Assembly: GCA_030704615.1 (NCBI GenBank)
Contig: CM060733.1
Location: 55,118,001-55,182,000 of the forward strand
DNA from: Takakia lepidozioides
Lineage: Eukaryota; Plantae; Bryophyta
Direction of reading: 5' to 3'
DNA length: 64,000 nt
Part shown: positions 1 to 12,264 of the stretch, one piece after another
Numbering within the stretch: position 1 is the first letter of the stretch
How the letters are laid out: each line of letters opens with the position of its first letter
Notes under the pieces: generated by a model
What the model saw: the letters and a program-made list of their open reading frames with translations, nothing else
Told to the model about the DNA's origin: nothing
Database searches by the model: none
Position numbers and translations under genes: made by a program

Positions 1-933
1 CTTCTAGCAGGAATGGTTTGGAGACCAACGAGCAAATGATGCGAGAATGCTCTATCCGAACCAAAGACGTTTGTTTGTTTTTGCAATGCACACAAGCCTG
101 TGAGCTCCGCAAAACACTAAATAGATTGAAGGAACAATGCGGGCGGCATGCAACCCCCATCTCCAACGATAGTTTGTTCCCATGAATTTGCATCTCACGC
201 ACACATTGCAAACATGACAACATGGACACACAACCATCCCATTTCAAAATTGGCCCCGAATGAAAGCAAAAGAAAACTTCATATCAAGTGTTACAGTCAT
301 CAGAATCAGTATCGACTCCTGTGTTATGTCATCCACAAAGATTCCGGCCCTAACACCACGTCTTCTACCACGGCCGTCGATGGTTGGACTGCGAGTGCCA
401 TGAATGGATATGCTTGCTGCGAGTGCCTCCGCATAGACAGGTAGGACGTAAGACTGAGGAGGACTTGAAAGAAGTCCAAAAAGGTGTGATAGCCCTGGAG
501 GGTCAGTGGAAGCACGCGGACTCCTGCACAAGTGGACAAAAACCAATTTTGAACACAATGATGCAATGCACAAGTCCAACGAAGAGGATATCTCCCATGT
601 GCACTTTGCCTTAAGAATAGTGATTTTGGGTATTGAAACAACAATGCAAGCATCCACATGTTGAACTTACTCACAGGCAAAGTCGTCATCCAGCTCGTTG
701 TCGGAAGTCTCCCCTGTATCAATATCAGCGGGTAGGGGCTTCGGAAGGACTTGAGAAGTATGTCCACCCAAACCCATCAGGAGGTTCTTGTAAATCTCGG
801 CATCCCCTTCAATCCCAAAGAGATATCGCGCACTGGCCTTGCAAGCGTGGTACGAGGCACCTGCAGTGGAATACAATGAAAGAAACAGACATTGAAGACA
901 CATTTGGAACGGTGGGAAGAGCTGAAAATGCAA

Positions 934-2733
934 GGGGCAAGCCCTGGGGTGAAGGATTCAGGGGCACACCTTCCCACTCACTTTCGTTTGGTTTAGCGCT
1001 GTTTCTCAGGCGAGGGCAAGAAATATTCACGCACTTACAATGCCCAACGCAGACCGACCTTCAAAATTTCAATCCAATGTCGTTGTGGATGTTCGACGTT
1101 TTTGTCCTGCACCAAGGGTGTCCGTCATGTTTCTTGTCCATGCCCTGCAGAAGCCCAGCTAGTCCACTAGAAGACATGAGAGGGTTGAGCTCAAACAAGA
1201 TGTCCCCATCAAACTCTGCTGGCACGTATTGAACCCGCTGCACACGAAGGGACTCCCAATCAACAAAACGCAGCTCGCTCTTGCACCCAGGCACCCCTGC
1301 GAGGGCTTTCAATTTCGGAATGACACTCGTTATCTCCTGCAACTCGTCGTCATCCAAGAATGGAGTCTGCATTGGCGGAGAAATCTCAGAAACATCCTTC
1401 GAGGACGAGTCTGGAAGAGTCACGAATGTAGTGGATGTGCTCACCTCTTGTTTCACATGAACTGTGCCCTTCTGCTGCACGACCGATGCTGCAGTGCCAG
1501 GGGTAACTACTGATCCTGCTGATTGTCTTCTGTCTTTTCCAAGGACCCGGTATGTGCCTGGAAGGACTCTCCACTTCCTTCCACACTCGCCAACCAATGG
1601 TTTCTCCAAGTGCCCAGAATCCAAATTCCTATCCTCGTCATACACCTCTTTTTGAACAAGCAGAGAACCCAATTCCAGAGGGAACACTGTAACCAGCTCA
1701 TCCTCATGAACAACTGCAAACCCATCGTCATTTACAGTGGCAGTCAGTGGAAGACTACCTGCATTGGATTGGAATGAAATCGAGCGAGTCTATCTCGCTC
1801 CCTGGACATGTTTTCGTACACTGACAGAAAGTTACGATTCATAGAGGAATCCCCAAACTGATAGCCCGTAATTCTCGAAAGGGGATCCACCCCAAACAAA
1901 CTGAGGTAAAAAAGGATAGCAGTGACCCAAAGACTGCGGGCGATGCATGCAAAGGATGTAGGAATGACATGCACCGAACTTTGCAGACAGCCACACTGAG
2001 AGACATCAACCAGAAAAACTGTTTTCTAAGAGAAGAAGCCACAAGAAGCCGTGCTGTATTTGGATGAAAAAAAAACCCTAAACATGACATAAAATCATCC
2101 ATTATGGAAAGACGGCAACAACCCTGGAGAGCAGTAAAGAGGAAGATCCCGAATCTAATGAGGTTGTGCTGTGCCAGAAGAGCACAGCACAAACACTGAC
2201 ACTCCGGGAGACACCTCGCATGAGTGTGTGCAACACATGACCATTGCCGACACAACCCTTTATACCGAATGACCCCATTGCAACGGTGACGGCGAAATGC
2301 AAACCGCAAGGTAGGCAATACAACACACGTGGACGCATATGTGAAGCATAACAATTATTGCGAATCTGCAAGTACTGCTCGAAATTGAACTAGCATTAGA
2401 TTTCTACGGCACTTCCGAATTTCAAAGAATGCAAGAAGGCTGTCATGTATTGGCAGGCGGCGAAGTACATCTGACATATATCACAAGTACATGCAACGGA
2501 TCTACTTTTTTTCCACCACTTTATTTCTTGGATAATACAAAGACGCCGAAATGGATGAATTCCGTTCGCACACAATGATGACACCCGCATCCAAATACGG
2601 TTAACAATGTCCAATTTTTACTTTGGTTACATGCCATAGCAATGCTTGTTGCAAACGTCAAACTGGAGAGCTCCAGAGGCAGCATGGGGAGCCCTTGTTT
2701 CCACCAGAGGAGGAAGAGAAGGAAGTCGTTATA
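934..2733 (-). pseudogene. 5' part of GCM-finger Mutator-like transposase gene plus upstream region, copy A (truncated)
   Basis: Near-identical reverse complement of 24690-26468. ORF 1061-1687 ends ...GMDKKHDGHPWCRTKTSNIHNDIGLKF* (CGA->TGA versus copy B). Homology stops at about 934. Confidence 0.8.
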
Positions 2734-2793
2734 ACACCATCGTTTCATGCCTCTCTCTTATATCTATTTGAATGAACAACTCTGCAGGAGAAG

Positions 2794-5005
2794 ATGCAAA
2801 GTGTGGCGGATGAGATCCCTTCGGGGCAGGGGAAGGAGATCATTGTTGATGTGGACGATGAGTTCTATGAAAGCAAAGCTGCTGAGATGCTGGGGGGTCA
2901 GAAGGTAAACTCTCAGCTTGTGGTGCAAAGTATGCTTGCCCCGGGTGGGAGGTTGAAGATTCCCCTGTGTAGGTTGGTTTCCATGCCCGTCGTTCGTCCA
3001 CCCCTCATCAAGGATATCCTGAAGCTGGAGGCCAAGTTTGTTCATGGGTATTTGGATGGATCCGCAGTCTTTTACGTTTCTACAAAGGATTCCAGAGGCA
3101 ATGAGCTCCTTGTGGATGAGTCAATCGTGGACTCCTGGGATCCCATTTGGAGACAGGTGAACGAATCCTTCGAACTTCTTCTCTCCATGAAACCTTCCAC
3201 CCAGCCATTCTCAGGGAAGATGTTTCACGTTTGGGATGGCAACCACTGGTTGCTTGCATGGATGGTTGTCATTGGGAGGCTGCACTCACAGGAGGAAGAG
3301 TGACATTACTCTGTTTGATCGATGGTGCTGGATTGTGACGGGAACATGATGGGTCTTCTAACGGCAATGAATGATGTGAACAGGTTGGTTTCTCATTCTA
3401 CATGTTCCACTTGTGGTTCCGTGGTTTTTTGGTTCCAGTCCTCTGTTGACGGTCCTTGAATTTCATTCTGACTTTCACACATCATTCTGCAGAGGGACGG
3501 AGACATCGCATGTCAAAACGAGTCCGGTTCACACACTGTACAGGATACAAAGGATCGGGCAGATGCCCTTGACCAACTTCAAGACCATCCTTTTAGCAGA
3601 GACGTACAAGAAAGTGCGAAAGCTCCAAGACATCATAAACGTGGTACTCGTTGACCCGTGAGGCTTTCATGGAGCATATGTACGCGGTGAGATACATCTT
3701 CCATCATCTGGCCTTTCGATATTCCTGCTTCCACATGTTTGTTTCTATTTGTTTCCCTTGCCCTTGGGTTGATGCAACTCTTGTGCATTCCCTTGCATCA
3801 AGACATTGCAGATGCAGAAGAGCGTGGCAAACTGGAATACTACAGCTCTACCCCTGAGGAGAGAAGGACAGCAAAGGGTGTTGAGAGTCACATCCAGAAA
3901 GAGATGACCGCCACAAGAAGGACTATTATGAGTGCTTTTGTGAAACAACTGAGAATTGCAGACCCAACCTTCGGACCAGAGTTCCTTCAAGAGGTGAAAA
4001 ACCATTACAACAAGCCAGGCAAGCCGGAGATGGCCCAGGAGAAGTTACACAGGTTGTCTACTGCCGTTGTGTCTTCAGAACAGAAGGTGAAGTGGCTACA
4101 GATATGGAACTCTGATCCCACTGTTAGGGATACCTACATGTTCTCCAGGCCGGAGAAAGAGAAGAAGACCCAGCGTGTCATTCATGTCAGTAACAATGTG
4201 CTAGACACATGGCTACACAAGGCCACTTACTGGAGCCAGGTATGATGTCATTTGCTGTGTCACTTTCTTTTCGTTTTTTCTGTCATTCTTTTTCCATGTT
4301 ACATTGGTTGTGATTGTTTTTGTGTTCATTCTTGCTTCTGTATTGGTCTGCAGTTGGAGGAAAGGGCCCGGTCAGTTCTACATACGCAGCTGGCTGACTA
4401 TGGGATTACCATGACAGAACCAAAGGTCTCCTTCCAAGCATACATGAGGAAATGGAGAGCCACAGTGTGGCAATCTTGTTTCTTTAGAGAGTTCAGCAAG
4501 GATGCTGGCATCAGTCGAACAAATGAGCTTGACCAGCAAGAGATGGAGAGGAAGCCTGGAAACGATGCATTTACAGGTGCGAAATGGACTGTGCTTCTTT
4601 GTTTTGCATAGACACAATCTCCTCCATCCAACCTGTTCTTGGCTGGCTCATATGAGTTTGTGGTGGAGTGTAATGTGTCGCATACTCTTTTGGGGGGTCT
4701 TCGTGATGGGGTGGAAAAGCTGGGAGACAATATTTGCACTGCATAATGAGGTTGTCTCTGTTCCTGCAAGTACATAAAGTATGTTCTCATGGCAGAGAAC
4801 TGCTTGGACAAACATCCTGATTTCGTGGACCTTTGGCTTGTCCCTACTGGCAACCAGACCATGTTTACTACGGGGATCTTGCATGACTGGGGCCCAGACC
4901 ATCTTTCTGCTTATGGTTGGTATTTGGATTGCCCTGCTTCAGAGACCCCAGCTCAGGAGGTGTCTTTGAGGAGAGAGAATGAGCGTATAGCAGCTACCGC
5001 CGCAG
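2794..5005 (+). pseudogene. ParB/Srx-like + DNA methyltransferase gene, copy A (5' and middle exons only)
   Basis: Exon with KIPLCRLVSMPVVRP...FHVWDGNH(W) (WDGNHR in copy B). GT-AG-type introns. High identity to rc(20483-21728) and to 12265-13290. Premature stop at 3301. Homology ends at 5005. Confidence 0.75.
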
Positions 5006-5009
5006 ACTC

Positions 5010-5870
5010 GTTATAAGAGGTCGACGATTGTGGAGTGTTGCCAGTAACAACAGAATATGAATGTTGTCCATCTCCAGCCACAACTTCTTGCATGAAAAGA
5101 TTCTGAGCATCAGTGCTGAATTCATGCGTACCATTTGGTAGCCAATCGGGATCAGTGTCAAGTGCCTCGAAATCAACATTCTCTTCTACGACACGACCAG
5201 ATAAACCATCAGTATCCAAATATGGAGGATGACAGACAGCGAACAAGTCCTCCAAATCAGGATTGTCGTATGCCGCTACACCGGAATCGGTTTGGTAGAG
5301 CAACATTTTTTATTTTCCAACACATACACAATAGCAATACAAATACTCATAGTGACAATGATCACACTGGTATTGCTTCACTACAGAAATGTAAACATGT
5401 CCACTAAAATGTGCTGATGCATGCCTACAGTTGTTTTGCTTCAATTCCTTCTACTGCTTCGACAGTGGGACGAAGAAGATCATAATCCTAATGCTCTGAT
5501 GGGCTGAAAATCCGAATCGCCCTTGATTTCACCACCATTGTCATGATCAGTGCTGGAATCGTCCTCCCTATCCGACCTCATATGTTCAGGCCTTTGAATT
5601 TGTAAGCGACCTCGAACCATATTTAGTTCTCTCTGAGGTCGACTCCCACTCCGGTCTTGAATACCATCCACGGTATCTGGTCTGTTTGTGGGCCGATCGC
5701 CTACAAAAGGTTGGACTGTTCTCTGTCGTTTATGGACTTGGGACGCAATCGAAGGCGGTCTCGAAGGAGGTACCGGAGGGGGGTCTGCCCGAGATGGACC
5801 GACATTAGATAGTCCGGCATGTGAGGAACCACGGGTCTGCTGCGCAACACGTCGGTCAAGGTAGAATTGT
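5010..5870 (-). pseudogene. Probable exons of an unknown low-complexity/acidic protein (possible TE cargo)
   Basis: ORFs 4953-5306 and 5480-6016 have protein-like composition and are separated by an AT-richer intron-like gap. No recognisable domain. Confidence 0.3.
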
Positions 5871-5879
5871 AGTGGCGTT

Positions 5880-6420
5880 TTTTTTTGTTTTTTAAATGGA
5901 GCGACAGCGAAGGTGCTGGTCGCTTCTATGAGGTTTGCCCTGCGCGAGGAGCAAGGAATGAGGGGGGAGGGGGAGGGGGGGGTGGATATATTTTTTATAC
6001 ATGCAACGACCGCCATTACTGGTGGTCACTGTAATTCTTTTAGTTTTCTAAATGCCGATTTGTTTTTCAATTTTTTTTTAAATGAAGCGACCGCCATTAC
6101 TGGCGGTCGGTTTAATTCTTAATGTCAATGTAAATGTAGCGACCGTCAATGCTGGGCGGTCGCTTATTTATTTTATTTTCAAAAAATGGAGCGATCGCCA
6201 TATCTAGCGGTCGCTTATTTATTTTATTTACGGAAAATGGAGCGACCGCCAGAACTGGCGGTCGCTGATTTTTTATTTTTCCGGAAAATGGAACGACCGC
6301 CAGTTCTGGCGGTCGTTTGTTTTTTTTTTTTTTTTCGGAAAATGGAGCGACCGCCAAGTGGGCGGTCGCTTCTAGAAGGTTTGCCCTGCGCGTGGCCCGA
6401 TGAATTGGGAGGTGGGGGGC
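5880..6420. repeat. Array of short palindromes GCGACCGCC-N6-GGCGGTCGC separated by A/T tracts
   Basis: About 8 degenerate copies (e.g. gcgaccgccagaactggcggtcgc at 6242), bracketed by the direct repeat ggtcgcttcta..aggtttgccctgcgcg at about 5918 and 6365. Confidence 0.85.
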
Positions 6421-6742
6421 ATATAAGCCAAGGGAGGCTGATTCTCCCCTCACTTCCTCTCCACACAACTTTTGTGTGCGTGATATTTCATTATTCCACG
6501 ACACATAGTCACGTGGAGAAGGAGACCATTGGTTGGGTGGGGGGTATTTTTTGCCGCGTTTTCTATGAGGTCGTTGCAGAATGCTCCCATAGGCCCTCCT
6601 CTGGCTTCCAGGATCATTTTATTCTACAAAATAAGCTTTTAGGAACTATTCTGACACCTACTCAAACTCGTTTAGGGTGCACGGTTTAGAGTTACGTCTT
6701 ATTAGTAAACCTCATTTAGTGTTGCTCCGAGTGTTGCAGAAT

Positions 6743-7520
6743 GGCAGAAGGCCAGGATGATGAGCTTCATGGAAGATATGACCCCAAAGAACATGGACCG
6801 CCCCCTAAGAAAATCAAAAGGTCAAGGCAAGACTTGAAGTATATGATAACCCTAACATACTAGCAGAAGAGGCCTGGGAGGATGTTCTGGAAGAGTTCAA
6901 GTGGCCGATGGCGAGATGTAAAAAATTCGTGAAGTGGTACCACATCAATCGATTGTGGCCTTTAGATAGGCATGACGTGCAAACCCAAAACAATAACGCA
7001 AAGTGCATGTCTTGCACGAATTTGCATTTCCAGCATAGGGCGAATGAGGTGCATTGCACATTGTGGGGTCAGCATCTCTTAAAGGGTCAAATCTCGTACA
7101 CCTTGGCAGCCATGTTGTACGTGGAGGTCATACTTTTGCGTCCAGTGAATTGGCAAACTGCTAGTAGGAGGAACGCAAGGATGCTATACGATTTGGAGTA
7201 CATCCCGAATACGTTTGGAATACAATCGGCTGCAACGTTAGAGGAACAACTGGCGGAAAGAGACCAGCGATTCGGGACCCTACAGGACCGACTAGACTGA
7301 CAAACACTGCGCATAGCCGAGTTGGAAGCTAGATTGCAAGACATGCATCCAAACAATGAAGGCACTGTTGTCCACAATGAGGATCAAACAAACGTCGTGG
7401 ACATGGACGCGGAGTTTGCAATGCCCGATCGCACGATCGACCTCATCATTCACGAAAATTACCAATGTCCTTGACCCTGTGGCCAATGAAAGGGCAAAAG
7501 CATACTACAGTGGCTCACTT
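6743..7520 (+). pseudogene. Unknown protein, frameshifted (possible TE cargo)
   Basis: ATG at about 6741 followed by ORF 6908-7300 (KWYHINRLWP...YTLAAMLYVEVILLRPVNW, then a coiled-coil-like tail). No function assignable. Confidence 0.4.
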
Positions 7521-7712
7521 TTGTCCAGTCTACTCTAATCTTACTCTCATTTTTCATCTTCAAAACACAACAGCTTTGTTTGGAAACCAATTTTTTGGTG
7601 ATCTCAAATTGAGTTGACAAAAAAAAAAAAATTCAACACCTAATTTAAAGTTCTTATGAAAAAAGATATAAATGAAAGTAGACTAGTTTAGACTGGACAA
7701 TAATTTTGCAAA

Positions 7713-8809
7713 GTGAGCCACTGTAGCATGCTTCTACCCGAAACTATGGTTGAGGAACAACGAATTGCGGATGAGAGAAGGAGGAAAGGAAAAGAACCAG
7801 TACTGGAAACCGGGGAATGCTCGAGGGTCGTCATTCAATCCGAGATGAATCCGATATTAGATGTCGACCGCGTTACAAAAGAACGGGACATTGTCATGGC
7901 AACTACATGGCGCTTGTCCAAAACGTTGGAGATTCGGGCATGGGTCCCATTGAATGGCGATTGGGAGAATTGGGTACAATGGGCGACTCATTTGGCCTCC
8001 AAAGAAGCACGGGTAGAGTGGACACTGTCAGGCTTGCAACGTGTAGCACGCATGTCGAATCGTAGCGTTGATAACATTTATGCCAACATGCAAAGGTATA
8101 ACGATCTCCGCATCGCATCAAGCGTGTTCGTCGGGTATACCAACTGGGCAGATGTGGATTCTATGTTCGATCGATGTGAGCACAGAATTTTGGGGTTGAA
8201 CAGAAGCATAAACTGGGAATTGGAGATAGAGGAAGAGTAGGACACCACAACAAGGATGACCAGCCACATCAAACCGGCCAAAGGGAGGAGATACCACGAC
8301 GTATTTTTTCGTCATGGATATCAGATGGCACAGTTTGTTCGATGTGCAGGAATCCATACGGCCCAGAGGGATGTCATGTGCTTGGATCACATGGACATAT
8401 GTTCCATCTCACATGTCTTATCCCGTAAGCCTTACGGATGAACGCTTGCCCATAACGTCGTACACCAATCCATCACTGTTTCTATGAGCTGGTGGGCTTG
8501 GAAGATCGGATGCCCATAGGTTTTGAATACAATCGACACAACCTCCCATTGGATGGGTTACCATTCACATTTATAAATTGTGTGCATTGGGGCAAGAACT
8601 TGGTATGGGATGCAGAGAGAGAGATGCATGGCATACATGCCAGAAACCCGACATATGTCAAAGATCCCCAGTATTTCTGGGTCACATCTGACTGGGGGGG
8701 CTGCTATTTCATGAGCGGCATGAGCATGAGCGAAAAAATAAAAAGCATGAGCGGACCATTGTGTGTCCACGGAAATAGGGTTAGGAGGCACGGAAATAGG
8801 GTCATATGA
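7713..8809 (+). pseudogene. Unknown Trp-rich protein, broken into 2-3 ORFs
   Basis: ORFs 7713-8240 and 8492-8809 are globular-looking and collinear. No recognised motif. Confidence 0.35.
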
Positions 8810-8859
8810 AGTTGGAATGTGACACCAGTGGACTCGTCATAACAATGAAATACAACATT

Positions 8860-11530
8860 TTATTGCAAGGCGAAAGTGAAGACATGTCTGTCGGACAACG
8901 TCCCTGCCCACATTGAAGCACCTGAGGGACAAAACGGGTGGTTAGTAGCATGCAGCATGCAATTGCAATCGGGCCAGGGGACAAAATGTGCACGTGAAGG
9001 CTTACCCGTGCCGCATGTGAGGTCAAGGATCCGCCCTTGGACATCCGAGCACGTCTCCATGAGGGTTTGGATGAAAGCAGGGCTCCGGGTCCGGCTGTAC
9101 CGCCACGGTTTGCCTGTCTTTGTGTCCTTCGGCATACTGGATTGGGGCACATAGTTGTAGAGGACATTGTAGGTAACAGGGTCCACAGCGGCATCAACAA
9201 GACGACCGTCATTGTGGAATTTGAACGTAGACCCTCTCTCCACAAAACAATATGCCTCAAACACCAATGTCTGCACATCCAACAAAAGAGGGATCCACTC
9301 CAGGGTCTAGTTTAGATACACCACAATATGAAGTGAATGCAATAGATTGATAACTTACACTCTGGCCCTCTGTTCGCAACCCCTGCGTATTGATGCAGAA
9401 CCATTTTTTCATGAGGACCGGGGTGACACTTTTTGGTGTCCACCTTGCCACAACATTCTTTGTGGTCTTCCCTCTTGTGGCAAGGACCACCATACATCCA
9501 CCGTCATCCAGGAGCATCCCCGCCAGCCCAAACCCGCTCTCCAGTAGTCCTCCGTAAACCTGTTCCAGGTGGGCACACCATCCAGGCCCTCCAACAACTC
9601 CCCATCTAGAATATCGAGGAGAATCATATCGCAGGCTCTCCCCACCTCAAAACCCCCCCCCCGAGTGCTCTTGCAATCCGTGCTCACAGCCGTGAAGAAT
9701 TCCATCATGGCTTCCAAACCAGGGGTGTCTTTAGGTTCTGTAGCAGCAGCCCTCTTCTTGGCTTTCCCCTTCAGCTCCTCCAGAGACTTGTTGTGTGCCA
9801 CCTTCTCCGCCCTGGCAGCTAGAGCGTCAAGAAAGCTCTCATTGACGCATTGGATGATAGTTGGGGATTCTAACTTTGGCCTTTGCGGAAACGTCACCGC
9901 CGAATACCGCCGTGTACGCTCGCCCTCAAATGCCAACTTCTTGGTAGAGCCAGTCCCAGTCCGAACTAACTTGGGAACCCGGACAACCGGTGACTTGGTA
10001 GCAGCAGCAGCAGTCGCAGGACCTTGCACAAAGTCGTCGTCGGAGTCACTCCCTTGGGGCCCCTCCTGCGCCTCCTTTGGTGCCCCGGTGGTTTTCTGTT
10101 TTTTGGGGGTTACTTTACTCCCCTGTTTCCGTGTCCTTTTCATTTGTCCTTTATTCTTCTCATTCAATTTCTCCTGAATACCTGCCTGAGCAAGCTCTGC
10201 CGCTTTCCTAGACTTGACAAGCGCTTTCGCCTCCTTTGGACCCAGCGGAGCCCGATTTGGTCGGGCCTCCGCATCCAGCTTCAATTGGAACTCAGATGAG
10301 TCGAGCAAGCTGGGCGGAAGGTCCACATACCAAGGGCAGTCGCGCAAATGCTCCAGATGCCACTCCTTCACGATAACGTCAATGTACATGGAGTCAGCTC
10401 CAGGGTTCCTCCATGCGAGGAAGAATGGCGGCTGGAAGGACAGATGACCTTTCTCCAACAGGGAGAACTTACAGTACCTGCATTCAAAAAACACAGACAG
10501 AATCACATCCATTTTTCCAAACTGGGTCCGAAAATGGCTAAGTCCCAGATCTGACTGGGTCCGGAACTGGAAAAATGGCTAAGTCCCAGAAATGACTGGG
10601 CCCGGAACTGGAAAAATGGCGCCGAATTTCCAGAATATGTGCCATCCGCCCCAGGGACTTAGCCATTTTCGGACCCTGTACTGGGAAAATGGCGCCATTT
10701 TTCCAGTATAGGGTCCGAAAATGGCTAAGTCCCTGGGGCGGATGGCACAGTTCCGGGCCCAGTCATTTCTGGGTTTAGCCATTTTCGGACCCTGTACTGA
10801 AAAAATGGCGCCATTTTTCTAGTACAGGGTCCGAAAATGGCTGGCCCAGAAATGACTGGGCCCGGAACTAGAAAAATGACGCCGAATTTCCAGAATATGT
10901 GCCATCCGCAGGGACTTAGCCATTTTCGGACCCTGTACTGGAAAAATGGCGCCATTTTTCCAGTACAGGGTCCGAAAATGGCTAAGTCCCAGAACTGACT
11001 GGGCCCGGAACTGGAAAAATGGCGCCGAATTTCCAAACTGTGCCAGCCACCCCCGGGGCTTAGCCATCCGCCCCATGGCCGGAAACAGGAAATTTGGCGC
11101 CATTTTTCTAGGGGCTTCACAACTAATTTTCATGCGCCACATAAGGCAACTTACATCCTGGAAATGTAGGGACTACAATGGCCACGGATCAAAGAAAGGC
11201 AACGCGTATGTACCTGTACAGAAGGCGCGTTGCCGCTTTGTCGGCGTTCGGTTGGTCGGCATTGCCGCCCGTAGTACAAAGGCTTCAGTTTGCGACGCGG
11301 TCTGAATGTGGGGAGAGCCACGCCCTTCTCCACGCGGCATAAGTCCGAGTAAAAGAAAAAATCTCCCGCAAAATGCGTGCGTACATGCCTTGAATGGAAC
11401 TTCATCCACCCGTCACATCAGGTGTTGAAGGCGTATCCGGGAAGCAAGCGCGGTATCCGTGTGGAATGTCCGGTTCAAAACAGACGGCGGAGGACATTTA
11501 ATGCGCAACTGCGCCCTTAAATGTAGGTAT
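8860..11530 (-). pseudogene. Divergent paralog (copy C) of the ParB-methyltransferase gene, 3' exons with beta-class DNA amino-MTase domain
   Basis: The exon starting at 10477 (YCKFSLLEKGHLSFQPPFFLAWRNP...WHLEHLRDCPWYVDLP) aligns with the copy A/B exon YIKYVLMAENCLDKHPDFVDLWLVP...WGPDHLSAYGWYLDCP. Motif IV-like MILLDILDG at about 9610. Motif X/I-like RSPAFIQTLMETCSDVQGRILDLTCGTG/ASMWAG...RHVF at about 8880-9090. Frameshift near 9525. Confidence 0.7.
10510..11110. repeat. Intronic array of long palindromes centred on GGCGCC
   Basis: Perfect 80-bp palindrome at 10911-10990 and a 112-bp palindrome with 2 mismatches at 10638-10749. Lies within GT-AG intron 10478-11213 of copy C. Confidence 0.9.
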
Positions 11531-11569
11531 GGAGGTCGCCCACAGGCACCACCTGGCCCACCCTCCCTC

Positions 11570-12264
11570 CGAGACTTCATCAACAGCCCACTGGATGGAA
11601 AAAAAAACGGCGCCGAATTTCCATTCAGCGGATGAAGTGGGACGCACCGTGGCCCTCCCTCCGCCTGAGATGTTCTCATCCAGAAGCAGCCGGATGGAAA
11701 ACCGGCGCCGAATTTCCATCCGAGGGATGTTCTCTGTCGGCTAGATGTCGGCCTCTCCCCCCAAGACGACTTCATCCGACGGGCCTCGTCCTGAAATTCG
11801 GCGCCATTTTTCCATCCGGGGGATGTTCTCTGTCGGCCAGGTGTCGGCCTCTCCCCCCGAGACGACTTCATCCAACGGGCCTCGAATGGAAATTCGGCGC
11901 CGTTTTTCCATCCGGGGGATGTTCTCTGTCGGCCTGGTGTCCGCCTCTCCCCCCAAGACGACTTCATCCGAACGGCCTCGGATGGAAATTCGGCGTCGTT
12001 TTTCCATCCGGGGGATATTCTCAGTCGGCCAGGTGTCGGCCTCTCCCCCCGAGATGACTTCATCCGAACGGCCTCGGATGGAAATTCGGCGCCGTTTTTC
12101 CATCCGAGGGATGTTCTCTGTCGGGCAGATGTCATCCTCTCCCCACGAGACGACTTCATCCGAACGGCCTCGGATGGAAATTCGGCGACGTTTTTCCATC
12201 CGATGGATATTCTCTATCGGCCAAGTGTTGGTCTCTCCCCCCGAGACGACTTCATCCGACGGGC
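11570..12264. repeat. 96-bp tandem repeat containing the imperfect palindrome GGATGGAAATTCGGCGCCGTTTTTCCATCC (left part)
   Basis: About 6-7 units. The 32-aa periodicity in the ORF track (MEIRRRFSIRGMFSVGQVSASPPETTSSERPR) gives the unit length. Confidence 0.95.

Noticed and set aside
1-933. Possible exons at the window start
   Set aside because: An acidic peptide and a donor-like site near 670 on the minus strand suggest a gene fragment, but there is no recognisable motif or homolog in the window.
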